A stretch of 32,000 nt of DNA from Pyrolobus fumarii 1A (GTDB taxonomy: Archaea; Thermoproteota; Thermoprotei_A; Sulfolobales; Pyrodictiaceae): contig NC_015931.1 of NCBI RefSeq assembly GCF_000223395.1, positions 1,110,001 to 1,142,000 of the forward strand, written 5' to 3'. Position numbers and translations under genes: made by a program. The notes beneath the pieces were generated by a model, which had not been told where the DNA came from, did not search any database, and saw only the letters and a program-made list of their open reading frames with translations. This document shows, one piece after another, positions 25,165 through 32,000 of the stretch. Every line of letters begins with the position of its first letter. The stretch's first letter is position 1.

Positions 25165-26028
25165 TTGCTAACGCTGGGGTTGCTTGTGGAGATCTTCGAG
25201 TACCGGTACGCTGGCCTCGTGTTGACCGGGTGGGATGTCGAGAGGGTGCTATCCGCGTGCCCGCGCGGGGAGGCCCTGGTCGAGAACCGGTCGAGAACCG
25301 CCCGCGTAGAGTGCAACGGGGACACCATCTGCGTTGACAGCGTGTGCTTCGAGAGGCCTGTGGAGCGTCTCGAGCCCGGCATGCTCTACTGGGTGTGGCG
25401 TGGCTCCCTACGCCCCGTCGAGGCGCGCGACGGGGGCTACCTCCGGCTCAGGGCGCCGGGGGACGGCGTAACGACAACCCTAGAGATAGACGGTGTGCAC
25501 ATGCATCGTGTGGAGGGTGTCGACCCCTGGACGGACACGCTGAGCAAGGTGAGAGCCGCGAGGGTGAGGAGGGGCGACGTGGTGCTCGACACCTGCATGG
25601 GCCTGGGTTACACGGCGATAGCGTCGGTGCTGCGGGGCGCGAGGAGGGTGGATACCTTCGAGGTGGACGAGAGGGTGATATGGGCGGCTGAGCGTAACCC
25701 CCACAGCCGCCTCCTAGACGCCCCCAACATCCACATCTTCCACGGTGACGTCACCGAGGCGGTGAGGAGGCTACCCGACGAGGAGTACACAGTCGTGATA
25801 CACGACCCGCCCAGGTTCTCGAGGAGCACCGGCGACCTATACAGCCTCGAGTTCTACCAGGAGCTCTACAGGGTGCTGCGGCTCGGCGGCCGCCTCTTCC
25901 ATTACACGGGGAGACCCCACGGCGGGAGGATACTCCAGGGGATAGCACGCAGGCTGCAACAAGCCGGCTTCGTGAGGGTGAGGTGGGTAGAGGAGGCACA
26001 GGGCTTCATAGCCGTAAAGCCACGCTAA
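25165..26028 (+). CDS. Class I SAM-dependent methyltransferase (COG2521-like, predicted archaeal methyltransferase)
   Basis: Motif I VLDTCMGLGYTA, motif IV VIHDPPRF, and LGGRLFHY. Start uncertain (TTG 25165 or GTG 25186). Confidence 0.75.
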   Translation: MLTLGLLVEIFEYRYAGLVLTGWDVERVLSACPRGEALVENRSRTARVECNGDTICVDSVCFERPVERLEPGMLYWVWRGSLRPVEARDGGYLRLRAPGDGVTTTLEIDGVHMHRVEGVDPWTDTLSKVRAARVRRGDVVLDTCMGLGYTAIASVLRGARRVDTFEVDERVIWAAERNPHSRLLDAPNIHIFHGDVTEAVRRLPDEEYTVVIHDPPRFSRSTGDLYSLEFYQELYRVLRLGGRLFHYTGRPHGGRILQGIARRLQQAGFVRVRWVEEAQGFIAVKPR

Positions 26029-26481
26029 CCCACCATGCGAAACCACCCAGTCAAAACTAGACCGGGTGGTCAAACCGCCGCTGTACACCCCCGACACGAG
26101 TAAACCAAACGCTCAAACAAGGTCTGACCAAGTGGTCAAACAAGCGCCAGTCTATAACCTGGTGTAAGGCGGTGATAGGAGTGCATCGGGGGATGCGGAG
26201 GGTTAAAAGCGGCGAACCGCGGCTCCGTGAACGCCGCGGGATGCGCAAAGCCAGGCTGCCGACCCCTCCCCTCCACACCAGAGACTAGGCAATCACCACG
26301 TTCTACACGCAGCAAGACGGACAGTCAGGGAATCCAACCATACACTACACGAGACGCACCAAACAATGAGGTATGATACGGCACGTGATGGGAGGAGACC
26401 AGGAGTGTGACAGGTGTAGGAGGAAGTCGGGAGAGAAGCGTGCCGGGTTGAGGAGGAGTGTGGCGGGGGGTGGTGTGCGGG

Positions 26482-26501
26482 GGCGCGGGGCGCGGGCGGG
26501 G
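26482..26501 (+). repeat. 20-nt G-rich direct repeat, copy 1 (ggcgcggggcgcgggcgggg), inside a multi-G-tract block
   Basis: Exact match to 27139-27158. Seven G3-6 tracts lie between 26465 and 26513. Confidence 0.85.
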
Positions 26502-26552
26502 CTTGGGCGGGGGTGGTGCCTCTCCACCCGGGGTCATCGAGGCGGGGGAGTG

Positions 26553-27029
26553 TCACCTGTGAGCGGCTACGTGCTCCACGTGGACCGGGTTGACTATGTC
26601 CTCGTAAGCGTCCTCTAGCCTGTGGACCTTGGCCTTCAGCTTCCTAACCTCCTCTTGCATCTCGAACAGCTGGCTCTCCAGGTCGACGAGGCGGTCCTCG
26701 AAGCTCTGCCTCATCTTCTCGAGCATCACCTGTATCTCCATCAGCTTCTCTAGCACAGCCTCATCGACCCTACCCTGCCTCCTCGCAACCCTAGCCTCCA
26801 CCCTCTCCCCATCCTCGCCCTCAGCCACCCTCCTCGCCGGCTCCGCCTCGACACCCTCCTCGGCCTTCATAGCCTCCAGCCCCTCTAGTATGAAGAGCCT
26901 CACTAGCTCCGACACCCTCATGCCGCGCTTCGCTGCCAGTCGCTTCAGCTCGCTGTGTATATGGTCCGGCAGGTAGACGTGTATCGTTGGCATACTGGCT
27001 TCAATCCTCCGCTTTAGAGAGTGAGACAT
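26553..27029 (-). CDS. Ribbon-helix-helix DNA-binding protein with C-terminal coiled coil; probable start ATG 26993 (MPTIHVYLP...)
   Basis: MPTIHVYLPDHIHSELKRLAAKRGMRVSELVRLFILEGLE has an RHH pattern. The C-terminus LEKLMEIQVMLEKMRQSFEDRLVDLESQLFEMQEEVRKLKAKVHRLE is heptad coiled coil. Confidence 0.65.
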   Translation of the reverse strand: MSHSLKRRIEASMPTIHVYLPDHIHSELKRLAAKRGMRVSELVRLFILEGLEAMKAEEGVEAEPARRVAEGEDGERVEARVARRQGRVDEAVLEKLMEIQVMLEKMRQSFEDRLVDLESQLFEMQEEVRKLKAKVHRLEDAYEDIVNPVHVEHVAAHR

Positions 27030-27138
27030 AGGGCCTACTATTAAGGGGATCGGATTTCAGTCCGCCGTGTACAGTAGTCGGATGGTAATACACCGCTCGC
27101 GGTAATCCTATCCCAGGGCTTCGCCCCTAGTGACACCC

Positions 27139-27158
27139 GGCGCGGGGCGCGGGCGGGG
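27139..27158 (+). repeat. 20-nt G-rich direct repeat, copy 2, ending 8 nt upstream of the CopG-like ATG
   Basis: ggcgcggggcgcgggcgggg, identical to 26482-26501. Confidence 0.85.
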
Positions 27159-27166
27159 GATAGGAG

Positions 27167-27340
27167 ATGAGAGTAGTCACATTCAAGGTGGATGAGGAGC
27201 TACTCGAGAAGTTGGACACATACGCCAGGCTAAAGGGCATAACCCGCAGCGAGGCAATCAGAAGGGCCATTGAGAAGTTATTGAGAGAAGAGGAGCCGAG
27301 GATCGCGCCAACCCCCAAGATAATCAGGATATACGGCTAG
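27167..27340 (+). CDS. CopG/ribbon-helix-helix protein, 57 aa (below the ORF-track size cut-off)
   Basis: Manual translation: MRVVTFKVDEELLEKLDTYARLKGITRSEAIRRAIEKLLREEEPRIAPTPKIIRIYG, a textbook RHH (beta-strand VTFKV, helix-turn-helix). The listed antisense ORF 27127-27318 is less plausible. Confidence 0.75.
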   Translation: MRVVTFKVDEELLEKLDTYARLKGITRSEAIRRAIEKLLREEEPRIAPTPKIIRIYG

Positions 27341-27550
27341 CCGCGACCCAACCCAGTTTTTAAACTAGTAGGAAGGCGGGGGAGGAAACCCGCCCCATTC
27401 TCCCGCCTACTACAGCCCACCTCGTCGCCTACCATAGCTGCTTGTTCTCTCCGCCCGGGTTGCATTGCACCAGCTTTTATCGCTGTGCGAGTCGCGCCTG
27501 TGGAGTTATACTGCAGCGCGTCGCCTACCAGCCCTATACTGGTGTGACGT

Positions 27551-28300
27551 GTGCGCGTGGTTAGCCTCTCGCCACCCGTGACGGATGCACTCGTCGCTAT
27601 CGGAGCCTCTGATGAGATTGTTGGGGTCTCGGTATACTGTAGGCCCTATGCGCCGAGCCACGCAGAGGTGGTCGGGACGCCTGGCGGTGTGCGCGTCGAT
27701 AGGCTCCGAGACCTGAACCCCGACGTTGTGTTCACAAGTGGTGTGAGCCAAGAGAGGCTAGCCTCGAGGCTCCGGGAGGCGGGTTTCCGCGTTGTCCACC
27801 TGCCAGCGCCGCGGAGCCTCCACGGTATAGCCGAGATAGTGTGGGTCATCGGCGCCTACGTGGGCCGGGTGTTTGAAGCTGCTAGGCTGGCATCGGAGCT
27901 CGTTTCCGGGATAGAAGGGCTTCGAGGTGCAGCGCCACCCGCCCGCATAGCCTACCTCGCGAACCTCGGCGAGATACTGGCTCCCGGGGCTCTTAGCCAC
28001 GCTGGCCACGCGCTGACTCATATAGGCGTGCGCCACCCCTACGAGGCCACCCCGCTAGACTGGGTGAAGCCGACACCCCGTGAGGTGCGCCTCTACAACC
28101 CGCAGATGTTGGCCTACGAGGCTAGGCCCGGCGAGACGCCGGAGGACGCGAGAAAGAACCTCCAGAGGCAGATGCTGCTAGACGATAGGCTCTTGAGGCG
28201 CACGAGGCTGGTGATACTCGAGCCGGGTACACTCACGCACTACGGGCCCAGGATAGCCGAGAACCTACAGAAGCTGGTGAAGCAACTCCAGGACACATGA
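27551..28300 (+). CDS. BtuF/TroA-like (class III periplasmic-binding-protein fold) protein without an obvious signal peptide
   Basis: RVVSLSPPVTDALVAIGASDEIVGVS ... DRLRDLNPDVVFTS is typical of the cobalamin/siderophore-binding PBP N-lobe. Confidence 0.65.
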   Translation: MRVVSLSPPVTDALVAIGASDEIVGVSVYCRPYAPSHAEVVGTPGGVRVDRLRDLNPDVVFTSGVSQERLASRLREAGFRVVHLPAPRSLHGIAEIVWVIGAYVGRVFEAARLASELVSGIEGLRGAAPPARIAYLANLGEILAPGALSHAGHALTHIGVRHPYEATPLDWVKPTPREVRLYNPQMLAYEARPGETPEDARKNLQRQMLLDDRLLRRTRLVILEPGTLTHYGPRIAENLQKLVKQLQDT

Positions 28301-28315
28301 ACCCCGTCTGCACAG

Positions 28316-29575
28316 CTACCGTCTAGTAACGTTGACCAGTCTTATCACGAGCATGTCCCCCTTGACGCTCGACGTGGATGTCACGCCCAGGCTTAGGCTG
28401 ATGAAGGAGGGCAGCACCTCCCCCAAGTGGATGAGCAGTATGCCATCAGCGTCTATCGCTATCTCGTGCAGCAGACCGTCGATATAGGTCGCGTTTAGTA
28501 TATCGGCGTTGACCCATAGCCAGTAGCAGCCGCCGCCCAGCCTCAACACGTAGGTCTCGCTTATCGCGGTGGAACAGTCACTCCCCTCAACCTCCCTAAT
28601 GACGTCTATCTCGCCGTCGCCCAGGTAGAGCTTCTCAAGGAGACTAGTGTTCACCGGGAGTATGACGAGCGTATCATTCTCCTCATAGTAAATGTAGTGC
28701 CTTATGAATGGCGGGAGGTTCTCCCACTCCCGGAGCCTATCGAGAATGCCACGCATCTCCTCGGGCGTTACGTTACCCGCCACTCTCGTCAATAGGGGTA
28801 TCCCGCGCAGACCAATACCCGGGTGCGTGACAGGCTCAACAACTGCTACACTCTCGTTCACCCAATGCACGAATATCATGTCCGCAGCTCCACAGCCATA
28901 CTCACGGAGATACACGCGAGGAATCAGCGAGTAGAGCAGCAGGGCGTCCCGCCTAACCGGCAGCATGAAGACAAAGTGGCCCAGTGGCCTCCCATCCGGC
29001 GTATACGCAAAACCCCGCTCATAAACAACTATGGTGGTTGTCAAGTTGAGAGTATCGAACTTAGCCGTACGAACCTCGATCGTCCCGTTGCAAGACGTAT
29101 TGGTGACGCCGCATAGCCTCTGCTTGATAGTCCTCCATTCACACCCCTCGCACGGAGGCAACCTATCCACGCCCGGCATGCACCTCGCAACACCATCACG
29201 CAGCACGAGCGTAACGTTAAACACCCTCTTCCCAAGCGTACCGCCTACCTCGCCACGAACAACTATGCTCATGCCACCAGCGCGGATCCTACACGAGTAG
29301 AGCAGTAGGCCGCGGATCTCGCGAGGACTAGCAGCGTAAAACTCCATTATCCTGTCCCCGAGCCACACTACATCAAAGACACTATACCCTCCACCATCAA
29401 CGATCACATCATAAACCAGGATTATGCCACGTTCGCCACCCTCACCAGGCCAGAAGACCACACCAACACTAGACGACAACACCACTAACAGTGCAACAGC
29501 CAGTACCACCAGAAGAATAATCAGCACTAACATACCCCGAGGCATACACATTGACACCCAGTTAGAACAAAACAT
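28316..29575 (-). CDS. Hypothetical N-terminally anchored extracellular protein, Cys-containing, with 10 N-x-S/T sequons; probable start ATG 29545
   Basis: MPRGMLVLIILLVVLAVALLVVLSSS anchor. Sequons counted: NVT, NTS, NGT, NLT, NES, NVT, NDT, NTS, NAT, NVT. Confidence 0.6.
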   Translation of the reverse strand: MFCSNWVSMCMPRGMLVLIILLVVLAVALLVVLSSSVGVVFWPGEGGERGIILVYDVIVDGGGYSVFDVVWLGDRIMEFYAASPREIRGLLLYSCRIRAGGMSIVVRGEVGGTLGKRVFNVTLVLRDGVARCMPGVDRLPPCEGCEWRTIKQRLCGVTNTSCNGTIEVRTAKFDTLNLTTTIVVYERGFAYTPDGRPLGHFVFMLPVRRDALLLYSLIPRVYLREYGCGAADMIFVHWVNESVAVVEPVTHPGIGLRGIPLLTRVAGNVTPEEMRGILDRLREWENLPPFIRHYIYYEENDTLVILPVNTSLLEKLYLGDGEIDVIREVEGSDCSTAISETYVLRLGGGCYWLWVNADILNATYIDGLLHEIAIDADGILLIHLGEVLPSFISLSLGVTSTSSVKGDMLVIRLVNVTRR

Positions 29576-29841
29576 GCAGCGTAATTAACGCTACCGTATT
29601 GTATGTGTTTTGTTCTCTGAATACATGCTTCCAAGTCAAGACCAACAACCACGCCGAGCAAACAACCACTTACGGCTGTGCCCTCCCATACATGTTTTAC
29701 TATTACCGCGATGCTCCAGGTCCAACCTCACATTTACGCGGATATTTTCGGCACAAGCATCTTATTGAGCCGAGGATGGCAGAAATAGCTTCTATTCGAG
29801 TTATAACTGAACACTAGTATAGCTAACGTAGCGGACCTTTT

Positions 29842-29912
29842 CATGTCCACGTCTATCCTTCTGAGCTGTTGACGGAATGAATGTGTTACTGTTCATCATA
29901 GACGTGGACATG
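29842..29912. repeat. Perfect 15-bp inverted repeat (catgtccacgtctat / atagacgtggacatg) with a 41-nt spacer
   Basis: Arms at 29842-29856 and 29898-29912 are exact reverse complements. It sits in a low-GC 400-bp gap between two co-directional minus-strand genes. Confidence 0.85.
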
Positions 29913-29973
29913 GACGTGGTAAGGGCTAGTTTGGGTGCTTGTCGAGTTATCGTAGTGAAGGGTCCTAGAGCCG

Positions 29974-30921
29974 TTATCCTACCCTTAATCTCTCTTCGTG
30001 AGGCATGACCCATTTCCCTCCGGGCCAGTCAACCTCCACGAAGTACGACCTGACTGTTAACCCCGTCTCCACGGTGAACCTCAGTACCACTTCCATCGTG
30101 CCGTTCAGCACTGGTATCCGCCTCTCGGCTACCGTCTTGTCCGGGAGTAGCCTCCTATCCTGCCTGACCTTCACCACGACGTCGTGCGCGTAGCCGCTGA
30201 GCCTTACCACCACGGTTACGGTCTCCCCCTCTGTTGCAGTGCCGCAGGGTACACCTCCGCAGAGCCACTCAACGCTCTCGATGTGGACTATGGGGTTGCC
30301 AGAGTAGCCGGGTGCTATGCCAAGCTTCCGCTCAATACTCTCAACTACGCTCTTAACAGGCTTCATAGCCTTGGCTACAACCTCGCCAACCGGCACCCTG
30401 CGCTCAAAGTAGACTACCATGCTTATGGGTAGCTTGGCACCGAGGAGGGTTAGCGGCACCACAGCCTCGCCCCTCAACACGATGTAGTTGGCCTCTTCGC
30501 TCGACGAGGCCGCTAATGCCTCGAGGAGCTTGACTCCGTTGACATTCAGCCTTATCGGGAGTAGCTCCCAGCCGCCAGCCTTGACACAAGCGCCATGCTC
30601 CGAGCGGAAGGTGCCAATAACCTCACCACCAAGCATGATAACACCATGCACCTCATCAATGCAGAGCATCACCGGTAGAGGCGCGCGAGGCGACACGTTA
30701 AGATAGACGGTGAACTCCGCGCTGCCACCCTTCAAGAGCCCAACCAGGCCCGTAACCAGGCCCTTGACGTCAGCAACCTGGATGCCACCCTCCTCTAGGC
30801 TGGAGGCAGCAACTTGCACAGCGTACCCATAGACGCCCAGGAGTATCACAGCAAGCACAACGATAGACGTTACTACCTTCGCCACCCTACCCATATCCCC
30901 ACCCCACGCATATACATACAC
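29974..30921 (-). CDS. Hypothetical N-terminally anchored extracellular protein (possible LEA_2/WHy-like beta-sandwich; weak)
   Basis: VVTSIVVLAVILLGVYGYAVQVAAS anchor, followed by beta-rich sequence. Confidence 0.55.
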   Translation of the reverse strand: MYVYAWGGDMGRVAKVVTSIVVLAVILLGVYGYAVQVAASSLEEGGIQVADVKGLVTGLVGLLKGGSAEFTVYLNVSPRAPLPVMLCIDEVHGVIMLGGEVIGTFRSEHGACVKAGGWELLPIRLNVNGVKLLEALAASSSEEANYIVLRGEAVVPLTLLGAKLPISMVVYFERRVPVGEVVAKAMKPVKSVVESIERKLGIAPGYSGNPIVHIESVEWLCGGVPCGTATEGETVTVVVRLSGYAHDVVVKVRQDRRLLPDKTVAERRIPVLNGTMEVVLRFTVETGLTVRSYFVEVDWPGGKWVMPHEERLRVG

Positions 30922-31215
30922 GCATAATCAACTAAAAATACCTTAACCAGACTCTATGCGCAACCTACTCGACCCAACCAACCGCCTAGAACAGGCTACG
31001 CTAGCCAATACCCCAGACAAGACAATCATATACACAGAGAGCAACAGTATAACACACGACGTGCTACTAGACGCCATTCCCTGCTACACATGGGTGGGTA
31101 GCGGAGCCTGCACTGTCAGCGGCTACCTCTGCGGTGGTAGATCCTGGAAACAAGACTAGGCGGCGTGTCCAATCACTTTAGTGGCTGGGGTTTCCCCATA
31201 CCCCTCTTTGGGTAT

Positions 31216-32000
31216 GTGGTTGTGCGTGGCTGCCGTCTTATTGCGAGGAGCCTGGAAGTGCAAGGTTTCAAGAGCCTGCGTGACGTGAGGATCGAACTGA
31301 TGCCTGGGATTAACGTTGTTGTAGGTCCAAACGCATCGGGAAAGAGTAACATTGTTGATCTTTTTCTGTTCCTCCGGAAGGCTCTCTATGATGAACTCGG
31401 ACGTGTGCCTTATGCTCCTCACCTGCCTTGGGGTGACCCGAGGAACCTCACCTGGGAGACGAGCGGACTGCCGGTACGTGTCGCGATAGAGTACGAGCTG
31501 GTACTCGAGAAAGACGTGCGTCAGACTGTCATATATGAGGTCGTGTTCGGCCTTGAGGAGGGTGCGACCCTAAAGCCTATAGAGGAGTACATCCGCGTCC
31601 CGGTGCTTAATGCTGCACTGCTGCGGCGAGGTAGAAGGATAGACGTCTATCTCAGCAGGCGTTGGGGTAGAATAGAGCAGCTCGGAACCATGATGAAAAA
31701 AGCCGCTACTCTACTCGGTGCGGCGGAACTTGAGATACGGTGCGATGCACGCGGTTGCTACGCGGGCGCTACAGTCGAAAAAGAGTTCACCAGCATCTTT
31801 CAACTCGTCCCGATAACCTACGAGCCGTTGTTCGAGGCACTAAGCGACGTGATTAGAGAGTTTAGAGACCTGACTCGCCGCCTTAGTATCCGGTTTTACC
31901 GTAGCCTATCTATGGGCCTAGTCCTACCCTGGCCCCGCATCTTAAACCCGTGCTTAGAGCTAAACCGCTTACTACTGGTTATCCGCTCGTTCTTCGCCCG
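31216..32000 (+). CDS. ABC/SMC-like AAA ATPase (AAA_21/COG1106/OLD-type N-terminus), partial, continues beyond the window
   Basis: Manual translation: ...RSLEVQGFKSLRDVRIELMPGINVVVGPNASGKSNIVDLFLFLRKAL... The frame stays open to nt 32000. Start is GTG 31216 or 31222 (31165 also possible). Not in the ORF track because there is no stop in the window. Confidence 0.8.
   Translation, partial: MVVRGCRLIARSLEVQGFKSLRDVRIELMPGINVVVGPNASGKSNIVDLFLFLRKALYDELGRVPYAPHLPWGDPRNLTWETSGLPVRVAIEYELVLEKDVRQTVIYEVVFGLEEGATLKPIEEYIRVPVLNAALLRRGRRIDVYLSRRWGRIEQLGTMMKKAATLLGAAELEIRCDARGCYAGATVEKEFTSIFQLVPITYEPLFEALSDVIREFRDLTRRLSIRFYRSLSMGLVLPWPRILNPCLELNRLLLVIRSFFA

Noticed and set aside
26293-26556. Three overlapping Pro-rich minus-strand ORFs; the longest has a GTGA start/stop overlap with the RHH-coiled-coil gene
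   Set aside because: All three minus frames are open here simply because the strand is C-rich and stop-poor (G-tract block on the plus strand). The translations are Pro/Ala/His low complexity. The 4-nt overlap alone is not enough evidence.
30956-31422. ORFs 30956-31159 (+) and 31156-31422 (-)
   Set aside because: The first lies in a low-GC intergenic region without features. The second is antisense to the well-supported ABC-type ATPase N-terminus.
1-32000. tRNA, rRNA, CRISPR arrays, transposases/integrases
   Set aside because: Scanning intergenic regions by eye, I found no GTTCRAATC T-loop motifs in cloverleaf context, no regularly spaced 24-40-nt repeats, and no recognisable integrase or transposase motifs. 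A tRNAscan/Infernal/CRT run would be the definitive check.

Overview
High-GC (roughly 55-60% in genes) archaeal chromosome segment. Codon usage (AGG/AGA Arg, ATA Ile), frequent GTG/TTG starts, PaREP1 genes and several Arch_ATPase/DUF234-type paralogs suggest a hyperthermophilic crenarchaeon, Desulfurococcales/Thermoproteales-like; this is inference only. Housekeeping genes: succinyl-CoA synthetase sucCD, an RsmB/Nop2-type m5C RNA methyltransferase, UspA, a CBS-pair protein, a COG2521-like SAM methyltransferase, a BtuF/TroA-like binding protein, and a Tat-exported C_GCAxxG/di-CxxCH protein with a cytochrome-b-like membrane partner. The left third (about 0.5-10 kb) looks like an accessory or defence-type island, with two VapBC pairs, PaREP1 genes, a frameshifted HEPN-like gene, lower-GC patches and a membrane-anchored thermonuclease. 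The most interesting signal is a recurring pairing of an archaeal P-loop NTPase with a coiled-coil + PD-(D/E)xK nuclease-fold protein. It occurs as an intact divergent pair (5753-7805), as a co-directional pair in which each gene carries a single-nucleotide lesion (23130-25058), as a solo nuclease (3511-4380), and apparently fused in one DUF234-type protein (15985-17379). Other observations: a 57-aa CopG/RHH gene missing from the ORF track, a 20-nt G-rich direct repeat with G-quadruplex potential, an A23-C-A17 tract between convergent genes, four 14-bp tandem repeats (three with an ACGCGT core) before an ATPase gene, a 15-bp perfect inverted repeat, and a partial ABC/OLD-type ATPase at the right edge. 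I recognised no rRNA, tRNA, CRISPR array, transposase or integrase.
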